The notes under the pieces are model-generated. The model ran no database searches and was not told the origin of the DNA. It saw only the letters and a program-made list of their open reading frames with translations. Shown in pieces: positions 8,998 to 19,600 of a DNA stretch of 32,000 bases. This stretch comes from Planctomycetales bacterium (lineage in GTDB: Bacteria; 4484-113; JAFGCY01), in the NCBI GenBank assembly GCA_022646745.1, contig CP060262.1:2490001-2522000 (forward strand). The letters run 5' to 3'. A program made the position numbers and the translations under genes. The first letter of the stretch is position 1; every line of letters begins with the position of its first letter.

Positions 8998-10824
8998 ATG
9001 TCCAGGCAGCTATCAGGCATCCTGCTCACCATGCTTCTGCTGCTGCTCAGCAGCACGGCCTTTGCGGCATTCCGCAACCAGGTCCTCGCCGTTGACCTGA
9101 AGCAGTTCGATGGCCGTGAGGTGCTGCTCGTACGCAGCTCACACGACATGAGCGTGCAGACGGGCTACAACCGCAACGCGGATGCCGGCACGATCAGCAT
9201 CCTGCTGCCAGCGGTGGACAGCGGCCAGTTCGCCAGCTACATCGGCGACCATTCGCTGGTCACCGGCTTTGTCCTGCAGGACGGCCCGGATGGCTGCGAG
9301 CTGCAGGTCGGCCTGGCCCGCCCGGAGCTGACCAGCCAGCAGTTCCTGCGCATCAGCCAGCCCAGCCGCAAGAGCCTGATGCTGGAAGTCTTCAACTCCG
9401 ATGAGGATCGCAGCAGGCTGTCCCCCGTGGTGAACCCGCTGGACAGCCTGCAGCCCGGTGAGCTGGCTGAATACGTCAAGCCTGAGAGACGCTCCACGCC
9501 TTCAGAGCCCCAGCTCCCGGCAGTTGAGGTTTCCAGCCTGAATATCGCGACATTTGACTTGAGCGGCATGGACAGCCAGCAGGTGCTGTCACATGCAGCC
9601 AGGAGCGGCCTGCTCAACCTGAAGGGCCGTGTGGTGGTGGAGACCGAGGACATCGGCTCCCTGACCGTCACGCCGGCCGGCCAGAGCCTGGCCAACTGGA
9701 TGCCGGCCCAGCCGCCGGGGGAGATCTACCTGTCCGGCAATAAGAAGGAAATCAACGAGTTCCTCAACGGCCTGGAGGATGGCAGCATCTACAGCCAGGC
9801 GCCGCTCGATGAGTATTGGACGGAGAACAAGCCGGGCCGGCGCAGCAGCAGCTACCGTGACGGCAGCTCCGTGGACAGCCGCCGGCGCCTGAAGGATGAC
9901 CCGCATTCAGGTCTCTACTACGACGGATTCAGCCCGCAGGACACCCAGCTCAGCGACATCCGCGTCACGCTGCAGGCCCCGGGCGGGATGAACCTCTATG
10001 ACGTGATCAACTACCTGTCCGAGATCAGCGGCATCAGCATCATGATTGACCCGTATGCCTTTGATGAGCCGACCGGCGGCGTGCGTGACCCGAAGGTCCC
10101 GGAACCGCCCTCCGGCGCGGACGGCACCCCCGGCTTCCGCGGGGCCGACCAGTTCATGCCGCAGAATGCGGCGCGCGGTGGCACCTTCGTTGGCAACCTG
10201 GTCAACGTGCCCTTCGATACCGCGCTCAAGCTGATCCTCGGCACGCATAACCTCGAGTTCGCGGTCTACGGCGGTGGTGGCCGGGCCGGTCAGTCCGGCA
10301 GCTCGATGTCCAGTGACGGCAAGGCCCGCGCCTATGGCGACAAGCCGGTGATCCTCGTGACCAGCCCCGAGCGCCTCAACCAGGAGCTGGCGGGCACCAA
10401 CGAGATCAACATGTTCCAGTTCCACTACGCTGATCCTGAGGTCGTGACCGACATGCTCGACAGCCTCGGCATGCTGCCCGGCACCGATTCCGGCTGGTTC
10501 ATCTACCGCGGAGGCGGTGGCGGTTCCTTTGGCAACGGCGGCGGCGGCGGCGGAGGCGGCTTCGGTGGAGGCGGTGGCAACGGGGGTGGCGGTGGCCGCG
10601 GCCGGGTCGGCAGCGGTGGCTTCGCTCAGCGCATGAGCGGCGACGATGAGCTTGGTGGAACCGCCAGCCTGCGACGCAGCCGGGGCATGCTCGTTTACCG
10701 GGGCAGCAGCCGCCAGCCTGTGCTGCAGGAAGTGAGCGAGGCCCTGGAACAGGGCCGTGAAGTGATCCGCCTGATCCTCTCCCCGGAGCAGGATGGCCAG
10801 CTCGTGACCCTGTTCGCCAACTGA
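8998..10824 (+). CDS. Secreted AMIN-like plus secretin N0/N1-like protein with a poly-Gly tract and no secretin pore domain
   Basis: AAGGAG Shine-Dalgarno. Signal peptide MSRQLSGILLTMLLLLLSSTAFA. The N-terminal beta domain is AMIN-like (VLAVDLKQFDGREVLLVRSS...LMLEVF). IRVTLQAPGGMNLYDVINYLSEISGISIMIDP and NVPFDTALKLILGTHNLEF follow the PilQ N0 pattern. NMFQFHYADPEVVTDMLDSL is N1-like. Then comes GGGGGSFGNGGGGGGGGFGGGGGNGGGGGRG and only about 70 more residues. Confidence 0.65.
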   Translation: MSRQLSGILLTMLLLLLSSTAFAAFRNQVLAVDLKQFDGREVLLVRSSHDMSVQTGYNRNADAGTISILLPAVDSGQFASYIGDHSLVTGFVLQDGPDGCELQVGLARPELTSQQFLRISQPSRKSLMLEVFNSDEDRSRLSPVVNPLDSLQPGELAEYVKPERRSTPSEPQLPAVEVSSLNIATFDLSGMDSQQVLSHAARSGLLNLKGRVVVETEDIGSLTVTPAGQSLANWMPAQPPGEIYLSGNKKEINEFLNGLEDGSIYSQAPLDEYWTENKPGRRSSSYRDGSSVDSRRRLKDDPHSGLYYDGFSPQDTQLSDIRVTLQAPGGMNLYDVINYLSEISGISIMIDPYAFDEPTGGVRDPKVPEPPSGADGTPGFRGADQFMPQNAARGGTFVGNLVNVPFDTALKLILGTHNLEFAVYGGGGRAGQSGSSMSSDGKARAYGDKPVILVTSPERLNQELAGTNEINMFQFHYADPEVVTDMLDSLGMLPGTDSGWFIYRGGGGGSFGNGGGGGGGGFGGGGGNGGGGGRGRVGSGGFAQRMSGDDELGGTASLRRSRGMLVYRGSSRQPVLQEVSEALEQGREVIRLILSPEQDGQLVTLFAN

Positions 10825-10846
10825 TAAATCGGGATTAAACGATAGG

Positions 10847-10893
10847 AAAATCCGGCTGCGGTTGCTGTAATGGTAACCAGGTCGGATTTTTTT
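10847..10893 (+). terminator. Rho-independent terminator
   Basis: AATCCG...CGGATT stem with imperfect inner pairing, followed by a run of 7 T (10887-10893), about 25 nt after the stop. Confidence 0.7.
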
Positions 10894-11178
10894 CCGTCAG
10901 AATATACAGGCGGTGTGCCCGCCATACTGAAGTGAATTGGTGTCGTTTGCGCAGCAATGCTGAAACTTACAAAACGCCGGTCCACTCAGATAGATGTAAG
11001 TCCCCGATGCCGGGATTGCATCGAGTCACTGGCATTCTACGTCTTTGAAATGAGGCTCAGGTATCGCCCTGCCTGAATCTGGACAGGGTGTCCGGAAGGT
11101 TTTCCGGTTACTTTCTCGGGCTTCGTGGTATAAGACTTGGTTAGTGATTGCCGGCCGATGCAGGGCGGGAGTACTTGA

Positions 11179-11727
11179 ATGGTAATGATAAGCAAGACAA
11201 CGCTTTCGATGATCTCCCTCGTGGGGGTACTCAAGCACAGGGATGAGGATGCCAGGCTGAATGCCGTTGCGGGGCTGAAGAACCAGCGCAAGCTCGCAAT
11301 GGTCGCCCGCCATGACCCCAGCTACGCCGTGCGCGAAGCTGCAGTGATGCATCTCGACAACCAGAAGGTGGTCAGCTACATTGCCTTGAACGATGAGGAC
11401 TTCCATGTGCGCCTGGCGGCCGTGAACCGGCTGACGGAGCAGTCAATGGTGGCCTACATCGCCCAGCGTGACCCTGACTACCATGTGCGCCTCGCCGCCG
11501 TGCGCCGCCTGGAGGACCAGCAGGTGCTGGCAGAAATCGCACTCTACGACGCCGAGTGGATCGTCAACAATGAAGCGATCGCCCGCCTCAATGACCGCAT
11601 GGCACTGAAGGCCATCCGCCGCAAGCATATCTCCATGCTGGCCCACAAGGCTGCCACGGAGCGCCTGCGCGTGCTTGATGAGCTGGAGGATGCGGCAAGG
11701 CTGGAAGCGCAGGAGAATAACGAGTAA
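11179..11727 (+). CDS. HEAT-repeat (PBS-lyase HEAT-like) protein
   Basis: Four to five tandem units of about 31 aa of the form D-x-[DS]-[YF]-[AH]-VR-x-AAV-x-x-L (DPSYAVREAAVMHL, DEDFHVRLAAVNRL, DPDYHVRLAAVRRL). A TGGTATAAG extended -10-like element lies at 11126-11134 upstream. Confidence 0.8.
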   Translation: MVMISKTTLSMISLVGVLKHRDEDARLNAVAGLKNQRKLAMVARHDPSYAVREAAVMHLDNQKVVSYIALNDEDFHVRLAAVNRLTEQSMVAYIAQRDPDYHVRLAAVRRLEDQQVLAEIALYDAEWIVNNEAIARLNDRMALKAIRRKHISMLAHKAATERLRVLDELEDAARLEAQENNE

Positions 11728-11805
11728 CAAGCGCCGGGGGGCGCAAGTAGGGCAGGGTAAGTGCCGAAAAAGCTGGCATGAATTCTTGCAAAGAGGTGCG
11801 CCTGG

Positions 11806-12003
11806 ATGATCAGGTTCAGTATCGTTTCAAATCCACCACTTGACCCTGCCATTGCGCTGTGCGACTACGAGGACATCCAGTTCGTTGAAGTAGTGGTGGA
11901 AGGGCCGGACATGCGCGCCGTGCTCAACAGTGCACCCGTGAAGCAGCTTGACCCCTATCCCCTGCGAAACGACCCATCCTACCTAACCAGGCGCAATCAG
12001 TAG
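11806..12003 (+). CDS. Possible small hypothetical protein (65 aa)
   Basis: ORF only, with moderately GC3-rich codons. It overlaps the 3' end of the convergent permease gene by 7 bp. No motif recognised. Confidence 0.3.
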   Translation: MIRFSIVSNPPLDPAIALCDYEDIQFVEVVVEGPDMRAVLNSAPVKQLDPYPLRNDPSYLTRRNQ

Positions 12004-13310
12004 GCCAGCTTCGAACTGAACAGTCGCGCGGCCAGCAGGAACAACGCGACCGCCAGGCCGAGCATCACGGCACAGGGCAGCAGGATGCCTGACAGGTCCT
12101 TGCCATACCAGAAGATGCCGGTGAAGCCTTCCATTGCCCAGCCGTTGAAAGTGAAGTTACCGAGCTTCTGCATAACCGCCGGCATGAACTGGCGCGGCAT
12201 CATGCTGCCGCCGATCGAGCTCATCACGAGGATCACCAGCGTGGAGATCGAGCTGACCTGTTCCACGCTGCGGCAGACTGAGGCCAGTACGATCCCGAAG
12301 GAGGTCGCTGCAAGGGCCACCAGTGCGCCGAACACGGCCAGCGAGGGCAGGGGCGTGATGATGTCCACCTTGAACACCAGCCAGCCCGCCAGCAGCATCA
12401 CCCAGGTCTGCAGGTAGGCGATCAGGAAGAAGGCGAGGTACTTGCCCAGCAGGTAGTGCACCGGTTTCGTGGCCGAGATCATGATGCGCCGGATCGTGCC
12501 ATTCTGCCGCTCGCGCAGCAGTGAGCCGCCGCTGGCCGCCACGGTGAACAGCATGAACATCGTCAGCACGCCGGCCACCTGGTGGCTGAACACGGGGTTT
12601 TCCTTGGCTTCACCGAGTACGTCCGTCACCTTGATGTCCACGAAGCCCTGCATGCCGCCGGAGCCAGTGTCCTCCGTCTCTCCATCCCCTGTGACAGTCC
12701 CAGCGCCTGATGGACCCCATTGCGCATTGCTGTCCATCCAGTCCTGCATCATGGCGACCGTAGCCGGGTCCATCCCGAGGTCCTCCCCCATGAACTGCAT
12801 CCCGGTGCTGGCCACGCTGTTGCCGGCAGTCATGAATGTCGCCTGCATCAACATTCCCTGCAGGATGGCGTTGTCAATCTGCAGGCTGCTGTCCGACAAA
12901 AGCTCGATTTCCGCCCGATTCTCGTTGAAGTCCATCTGTTCCAGCTGCGTTCCGTAGCCCGCCGGCACGACGATAGCCAGCCCGGTCTTCCCGTCCCGGA
13001 TGCGCTGCAGGGCCAGTTCGCGGGTGTAGGGCACTTCGTTGCCAGCTTCGTCTGAATACGTTGCCAGCAGCGTTAGCCCGTCCAGCGCCAGCAGGGCATC
13101 ACGCAGTGCCGTGCTGGCCTCGCTGCCGTCCTCGTCAACGAATATCGCACGCACCGGGCTGGAATCGCCGCCGCCTCCACCCATCCCGCCGAACACGAAG
13201 CCGAACACGGTCATCACCACCACCGGTACCAGCAGGCTGACCATCACGGCCACTGGCTGGCGTGCCCAGATCCGCAGGGACGTGGCGCAGATTGACAGGA
13301 TGCGCTGCAT
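11997..13310 (-). CDS. ABC-2 type transporter permease
   Basis: N-terminal transmembrane helix, a large extracytoplasmic loop, then a C-terminal bundle of 5 transmembrane helices, as in ABC2_membrane_3 proteins. It starts 1 nt after the stop of the upstream ATPase gene. Confidence 0.8.
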   Translation of the reverse strand: MQRILSICATSLRIWARQPVAVMVSLLVPVVVMTVFGFVFGGMGGGGGDSSPVRAIFVDEDGSEASTALRDALLALDGLTLLATYSDEAGNEVPYTRELALQRIRDGKTGLAIVVPAGYGTQLEQMDFNENRAEIELLSDSSLQIDNAILQGMLMQATFMTAGNSVASTGMQFMGEDLGMDPATVAMMQDWMDSNAQWGPSGAGTVTGDGETEDTGSGGMQGFVDIKVTDVLGEAKENPVFSHQVAGVLTMFMLFTVAASGGSLLRERQNGTIRRIMISATKPVHYLLGKYLAFFLIAYLQTWVMLLAGWLVFKVDIITPLPSLAVFGALVALAATSFGIVLASVCRSVEQVSSISTLVILVMSSIGGSMMPRQFMPAVMQKLGNFTFNGWAMEGFTGIFWYGKDLSGILLPCAVMLGLAVALFLLAARLFSSKLAY

Positions 13311-13311
13311 G

Positions 13312-14256
13312 TCAGTCCTCCCTCAGGCTGCGACCGGTCAGGTGCAGGAACACATTCTCCAGGTTGGCACGCTCGACCGCCAGGTCGCTGATCCTTGCCG
13401 CATGCTCACCGAGCGCTGCGCTGACAGCCGCCAGCTGGCGGCCGGCATTGTCAGCCTGGATCAGGAGCATGCCCCGCTCAACTGTGGCTCCAAAGCTTGC
13501 CAGTTCCCCGTCGGCAATCTCCTGCAGGGCATTGTCGTCCGGCCCGTCCAGCCGGATGCGGATCATGTCGCGCGCCGGCAGCAGCTCCAGCAGTTCGTCA
13601 ACGCTGCCTTCCGCGATCATGTCACCGTGGTCCATGATGCCGATGCGGCTGCAGAGGCGCTGGGCCTCCTCCATGTAGTGCGTGGTGTAAAGCACGGCTG
13701 TGCCATTCGCGGCCAGCCCGCTGATCAGTTCATAGATGTAGTTGCGGCTCTGGGGGTCGACACCGACGGTCGGCTCATCCATCAGGATCAGGTGTGGTTC
13801 GTGCAGCAGGCTGGCGCCGATGTTGATCCGCCGCTTCATCCCGCCGCTGTAGCTGCCCAGTCTGCGCCCGCCATCCTTCGCCAGCCCGACCTGTTCCAGC
13901 ACCTGCTCCACCCGCTGCCTGAGAGCATTGCCGGACATGCCGTAGAGCGTTCCGAAGAAGGCCAGGTTCTCGCGGCCGCTCAGTTCGTCATACAGTGAGA
14001 TCTCCTGCGGCACCACACCGAGCTGCGGCCTGATCAGCTCAGGCCTGCCGGTCAGGTCGGCGCCCTTGAACAGGATGCGCCCGCTGTCAGGAGTGAGCAG
14101 GCTGGCCAGCATGTTGATCAGGGTCGTCTTGCCGGCGCCGTTGGGGCCGAGCAGGCCGTAGACCTCACCCGCCTCGACATGGAAACTCACGCTGCCAACT
14201 GCACGCTGCTGGCCGTAGCTGTAGCCAAGCGCCTCAGCCGAGATGATGCGCTGCAT
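13312..14256 (-). CDS. ABC transporter ATP-binding protein
   Basis: Walker [10 protein letters not shown], signature YSGGMKRR, Walker [13 protein letters not shown] and an H-loop TTHYMEE. I prefer the ATG at 14254-14256 because GGGAGGGGGA lies immediately upstream. Confidence 0.92.
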   Translation of the reverse strand: MQRIISAEALGYSYGQQRAVGSVSFHVEAGEVYGLLGPNGAGKTTLINMLASLLTPDSGRILFKGADLTGRPELIRPQLGVVPQEISLYDELSGRENLAFFGTLYGMSGNALRQRVEQVLEQVGLAKDGGRRLGSYSGGMKRRINIGASLLHEPHLILMDEPTVGVDPQSRNYIYELISGLAANGTAVLYTTHYMEEAQRLCSRIGIMDHGDMIAEGSVDELLELLPARDMIRIRLDGPDDNALQEIADGELASFGATVERGMLLIQADNAGRQLAAVSAALGEHAARISDLAVERANLENVFLHLTGRSLRED

Positions 14257-14316
14257 TCCCCCTCCCTGTGCCGCTCTCGCCACGCGCCATCAGACGCAGG
14301 CCCCGGCAGTCCGGTT

Positions 14317-15087
14317 TCACTCCTCGAGGCGGCGGCTGCCGACCACCATGTAGTAGCCGGGGCGCTGGTGCTTTACCTCACGCGCCGGCAGCTGGGTGGT
14401 CTTCACCAGGTTGACAAGCTCCGACGGGTTGTACACATAGCGCAGCACACCGGTATGGCTTTCGCGCTTGCGGTCATAGGGGTCGCGCAGCAGCACTTCC
14501 TCGCCATCCTGGCTGATGAAGATCGGGTTCAGCACATGCGTGCCGCTCTCCTTGTCGAGGAAGGACTCGCTCAGGAAGTAGCCGTCGTTGATGCGCTGCC
14601 AGCGGTGGCTGGTGGCCAGGCCCTCGCGCAGCGGGTTGTCAACCAGCAGCACGCCGTCACGGTGCAGCGAGCCGACCGCGCGCTGGATGATGCGGTACTC
14701 GTCGTCGTCATTCAGCAGGCCAAGCGTGTCAAAGCACAGCACGGTGCCGTTGTTGCCCGGCAGCTGGGAGTCGGTCGTCAGGTCGGCATGCACGAAGGTT
14801 GCATTGAGGTTCTCCTCGATCGCCATGTCGCGCGCGAAGCTGATCATCACCTGGCTGCGGTCGATGCCGATCACGCTGTAGCCGCGGCGCGCCAGCGCCA
14901 GTTCGATGCCGCCCTCGCCACAGGCCAGGGAGAGCACAGGGCGGTCCTTCTGCAGGCCGAAGGTCTTCTCCAGCCATTCGGCGCGGCTGTCCGCCACCTT
15001 GCGGTAGGCCTCCCACTGCCCCTCGAACATGTCGATGCGCAGCAGCTTCGCCCAGAAGCCGTCCCAGCTTTCCTCGCGTCTGATCAT
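14317..15087 (-). CDS. Class I SAM-dependent methyltransferase
   Basis: Motif I VLSLACGEGGIELALARRGYSVIGIDRS, followed by the acidic post-I residue and the motif II region FVHADL. Confidence 0.8.
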   Translation of the reverse strand: MIRREESWDGFWAKLLRIDMFEGQWEAYRKVADSRAEWLEKTFGLQKDRPVLSLACGEGGIELALARRGYSVIGIDRSQVMISFARDMAIEENLNATFVHADLTTDSQLPGNNGTVLCFDTLGLLNDDDEYRIIQRAVGSLHRDGVLLVDNPLREGLATSHRWQRINDGYFLSESFLDKESGTHVLNPIFISQDGEEVLLRDPYDRKRESHTGVLRYVYNPSELVNLVKTTQLPAREVKHQRPGYYMVVGSRRLEE

Positions 15088-15149
15088 TGTGTTGTCCTCA
15101 TCATCCCGCCCTTATTGTCCCGCAAGCATGCGCTTGCTGCAAGCCCGCA

Positions 15150-15863
15150 TCAGCCTGCCTCAGGCTGCTTCCCGGAGGTCTTCATGGACTGGTAGGCGGT
15201 CACGTAGGCATGCAGGAATCCGGCCACCATCGCGGTGCAGATCGTTGCCAGCGGGCCGCCGCCGGCCTGCGCCATCCAGCTCAGGGCCAGGCTGCCGACG
15301 AGCACCGACAGCGCCCATGCCGGGTTGAGGCGCAGCAGCAGCTCAAGGATCGCCGTTGCCAGCAATGCCGGCCCGAGCCCGTAGATCTCCAGCATCAGGG
15401 CCAGCACGCAGCCGCGGAAGAACAGCTCATGCCCGAGCGGTTCGAACAGGCTGAGCTGCAGCACGCTGCGGTTGATCACGCCGAGGTCGGACGGGTTGCG
15501 CAGCAGCTGCTCCGCGGGCAGCACGAACGCACTGCCGCCGAACATGCGCCGCCCCAGCCCTATGAGGCGCATGCGCAGGCCCCACAACAGCAGGCCGGCG
15601 GGCAGGGCCCCGAGCAACCAGGCCCAGAGGGGCTGTGGCAGCTGCGGCATGGGCACGTGTCCGGCCAGCATCAGCCACAGTGACACCGCGATGAAGAACA
15701 GCGAGTTGATCAATCCGTTGGCAGCGGCGGCCTGCAGCAGGCGCTCGCGGCCGGCCGCATTGCCACGCGCGATCCCCCGCAGGCGCAGGTTGAGCAGCAC
15801 CTGCAGCAGGAAGTAGGCCCCCAGGCACCAGGCAAGGGGCAGGGCTGAGCCATGCTCGGGCAT
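15150..15863 (-). CDS. CPBP family intramembrane glutamic endopeptidase (CAAX protease-like)
   Basis: Polytopic membrane protein. EPLGHELFFRG matches CPBP motif 1 (E-E-x-x-x-R), and a later GFLHAYV has the His motif. Confidence 0.7.
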   Translation of the reverse strand: MPEHGSALPLAWCLGAYFLLQVLLNLRLRGIARGNAAGRERLLQAAAANGLINSLFFIAVSLWLMLAGHVPMPQLPQPLWAWLLGALPAGLLLWGLRMRLIGLGRRMFGGSAFVLPAEQLLRNPSDLGVINRSVLQLSLFEPLGHELFFRGCVLALMLEIYGLGPALLATAILELLLRLNPAWALSVLVGSLALSWMAQAGGGPLATICTAMVAGFLHAYVTAYQSMKTSGKQPEAG

Positions 15864-15906
15864 GGACTGATTATCTCCGATGCCCGGAACGTGATAACGT
15901 CATTGC

Positions 15907-16623
15907 GTGGAACTCCCCGTCGGCACCATCGTGAATGCGCTCGCTGTCATCTGCGGCAGCCTGCTGGGCCTGCTCCTGCGCCATGGCCTGCCTGAGCGCC
16001 TGCGGGAGATCGTGTTCCAGGGGATCGGGATCTGCACGCTGCTGATCGGGATGCAGATGGCGCTCAAGGTACAGAACCTGCTCGTCGTCGTGTTCGCCGT
16101 GCTGCTCGGTGGCCTGCTCGGGGAATCGGCACGGCTGGAGGACCGCCTGCGCGCGCTGGGTGACCGGCTCAAGCAGCGCATGAAGAGCAGCGAGGGCAAG
16201 TTCACCGAGGGCCTGCTGATGGCCTTCCTGATCTTCTGCGTCGGCAGCATGACCGTGGTCGGCGCTCTGGAGGAAGGCACGCGCGGCAACCCGCAGCTGC
16301 TGTACGTCAAGAGCGTGCTCGATGGCTTCACCTCGATCGCGCTGGCGGCCACATATGGGCTTGGTGTGCTGTTCAGTGTGGTGCCGCTGCTGCTTTACCA
16401 GGTCGCGCTGACGCTGCTCGCGGGAGCCGCCCAGCCGCTGCTGAGTGATGTGCTGATCAGCCAGATGAGCGCAGTGGGCGGTGTGCTGATCCTCGGCATC
16501 GGGCTGAACGTGCTGGAGATCAAGACGGTGCGCGTCACCAACTTCCTGCCGGCGCTGTTCATCGTGATCCCGCTGCAGCTCTGGTTCGCCCCGCTGCTGG
16601 ACCGGCTGACCGGCAGCGCCTGA
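15907..16623 (+). CDS. DUF554 (YqgA-like) membrane protein
   Basis: GTG start. The N-terminus PVGTIVNALAVICGSLLGLLLRHGLPERLREIVFQGIGICTLLIGMQMAL is typical of YqgA/DUF554, and about 6 transmembrane segments follow. Confidence 0.7.
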   Translation: MELPVGTIVNALAVICGSLLGLLLRHGLPERLREIVFQGIGICTLLIGMQMALKVQNLLVVVFAVLLGGLLGESARLEDRLRALGDRLKQRMKSSEGKFTEGLLMAFLIFCVGSMTVVGALEEGTRGNPQLLYVKSVLDGFTSIALAATYGLGVLFSVVPLLLYQVALTLLAGAAQPLLSDVLISQMSAVGGVLILGIGLNVLEIKTVRVTNFLPALFIVIPLQLWFAPLLDRLTGSA

Positions 16624-19600
16624 TCAGTCCCCGGAGCCAGCCTGCTCAAGCACCTGCTGCAGCACGTCGCCAAGTTCCTTCAGCTTGAGCGGTTTGTGCA
16701 GGTATTCCGTGATGCCGATGTCCCGTGCGCGTTCAGGGGCCAGGGTCTGGCTGTAGCCGGTGCACATCACGACCGGGATCCCGGGGCGCAGTTCCAGGAT
16801 GCGCCGTGACAGTTCCTCGCCTGTCATCTGCGGCATCGTCTGGTCGGTCAGCACCAGGTCGAATGCGTCCGGGTCCGCACTGAAGCAGCGCCAGGCCTGG
16901 GGCCCGCCCTGGCAACTGGTGACCTCGTAGCCCAGCACGGTGAGCATCTCACTGACGATCTCGATGATCATCGCCTCGTCGTCAACCAGCAGCACCCGGC
17001 CACGGCCGCTGCGCTGGGCCTTCTCCAGTGACTCGCCACTCTGGCTCTCAGTCTCACACAGCGGCAGGTAGACGCTGAAGCGCGTCCAGTGGGCCGGGCG
17101 GCTGCGCACCTCGATCACACCCTGCAGGCTGTGCACGATGCCATGCACGACTGACAGGCCCATTCCTGTGCCCATCCCGACCTCCTTCGTGGTGAAGAAG
17201 GGCTCGAAGATGCGCGAGATGTGCTCCTCGGCGATGCCGTCCCCGGTGTCCTCCACGTCGAGGCGCAGGTAGGGGCGCAGCTGAGTGCCGGAGTGCTGCA
17301 TCAGGAAGTCGTCATCCGGCAGGAATTCCGTGAGGCTGACCGTCAGCGTGCCGCCCTGTTCCATCATCGCATGCCCGGCGTTGGTGCACAGGTTCATCAG
17401 CAGCTGGTGGACCTCCGTGGCGTTGGCAAGCACGGTGCTGTTGGCCGCCTCCAGCCGCTGCACGATCTCAACGGTGGCCGGCAGCGATGCCCGCAGCAGC
17501 TTGAGCACCTCGCGCACCAGCAGGTCGACGCGCAGCGGGTTCTGGCTGCTCTCCTTCTTGCGGGCGTAGGACAGCACCTGGCGCACCAGCTCGGCGGCCC
17601 GGCTGCTGGCATCGATGATCGCCTGCAGGTAGTTGCCCGCGCTGCTGTGCTGCGGCAGGCAGTCCATCGCGATCTCTGCGTTGCCAACGATCGCGAACAG
17701 GATGTTGTTGAAGTCATGTGCGATGCCGCCCGCCAGCGTGCCGATCGCCTCCATTTTCTGGCTCTGCTTGAGCTGCTCCTCCATCGCAAGCTGGCGCGTC
17801 ACGTCACGCTTGACCGCCACGTAGCCGGCCAGTTCACCACGGCTGTCGCGCACGGGTGAGATGGTGGCCTCCTCCTGGTAGATCGAGCCGTCCTTGCGGC
17901 GGTTGATGAAGGTGCCGTGCCAGACCTCGCCGCGGCTGATCTGCTGCCACATCTCTCGGTGGAACTGCTCCTCCATCTCGCCGCTGGACAGCAGGCGCGG
18001 CGTGCTGCCGATCGCCTCCTGCCGGCTGTAGCCGGTGATCGCCTCGAAGGCCGGGTTTACATAGGTGATCACACCGCGGCTGTCGGTTGTCATGATCGCC
18101 TCATGCGCGCTCTCCACCGCGATCACCACCTGCCGCAGCTGGTTCTCCGCCGCATTCTGTTCCGTCACGTTCCGTACAATCGCCAGGCTGACACCGTGTC
18201 CCGAGGGGTCGATCGACATCTCGCAGTCCAGCAGCACGTCAATCAGCGTGCCGTCACTGCAGATGTAGGTGAACGGGATGTCGTGGATCCGGCCGACGCG
18301 CTGGAACTGCGGGTCCACCACCTCGCGCATGCTCTGTACCGACTCCGGCGTCATCAGGAAGTCCCCGCGGTGGCCGATCACCTCCTCGCGGCTGTAGCCG
18401 GTCTCGTCCAGCCACTTCTGGTTTACGTCGATGATGAAGCCCTCACTGTCAATCGAGTACATCATCACCGGCGCGTTGTGGTAGAAGTGGCGGAACTTCT
18501 CCTCGTTGGCACGCAGCAGCTCAAGAGTGCGTTCCTGCTCGGTGATGTCCTGCACGATGCCGCTTGAACCGAGGAAGCTGCCGTCGCTGGCTGTGTTCGG
18601 GTTCGAGCTGATGAGGCAGATGCGCTGCTCATCATCACTGCGCGTGATGCGCAGGCGGTAACTGCTGCCCATCCCGGCCTGGCGCAGGCGGTCCTGGCGG
18701 TTGACAACGGAGACCTGGTCATCGTCAAGGAATTCCGTGATTGCCCGTCCGTCCAGCCCGCCCCGCTCCACGCCCATGATGCGCTCAAGTGCGGGGTTGG
18801 CGAACCGGAAGCGGTTCTCACCATCGACCACGAAGATGCCCTCGCTGATGTCATTCACCAGCGTGCGGTACTTCTCCTCACTCTCCCGCAGCACCTCCTC
18901 GGTGCGCATCTGTTCCGTCACGTCACGCACAAGCGCCAGGCTGCCGATGTATTCACCATCCTGCGAGAAGCGCGGGCTGGCGGTCACCAGGGCGATGCGT
19001 ACCGGGCCAGAGAGGGGGCGGATGCGCATCGTGTAGCTGTTGCTCTGGCCCTGGCGGCGCAGTTCCTGCTGCCCGTTGATCCGCTGCCGTTCCTGCTCGT
19101 CCATGAACTCGTACATGCTGCGCCCGCTGGCGCTGCCCTCGGCCAGCCCGAGGATCCGCTCCAGTGCGGGATTGGCAAACTCGAACACACCGCTGGCATC
19201 CACAGTGGCAAGGCCTTCGGACATCTGCTCCACCAGCGTGCGGTAGCGCCGCTCGTTGTCGCGGATCGCCTCCTCAGCCTGGCGCATCTCGGTGACGTCC
19301 TGCACCAGTGCGTGGCTGCCGATGAAATCGCCGGTGCTGTTGTAGCGCGGGGACACCGACAGGTAGAGGTCGCGCACCTGGCCGTCAGCGCGCTGGATGC
19401 GCAGTTCGTAGCGGTTGGAGCTGCCCCCGCGCCGCAGGTCATGCTGGCGGTCCGCCACCTTGATCATTTCGCCACTGAGGAATTCACGGATGTTGCGGCC
19501 GACCAGGTGCTCCGGATGCAGGCCCATGATCCGCCCCAGGGCTGGGTTGGCATAGACGAAGTTGCCGTCCGGGTCCGCCATGCTCAGGCCCTCGAACATG

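Noticed and set aside
10501-10620. A GGC/GGT-rich simple-sequence tract.
   Set aside because: It is in frame within the 8998-10824 CDS, where it encodes a poly-Gly linker. It is coding low complexity, not an independent repeat element.
11811-11850. A TTCAAATCC-containing stretch resembling a tRNA T-loop.
   Set aside because: No acceptor or T-stem pairing and no cloverleaf can be drawn. It lies inside a possible small ORF.
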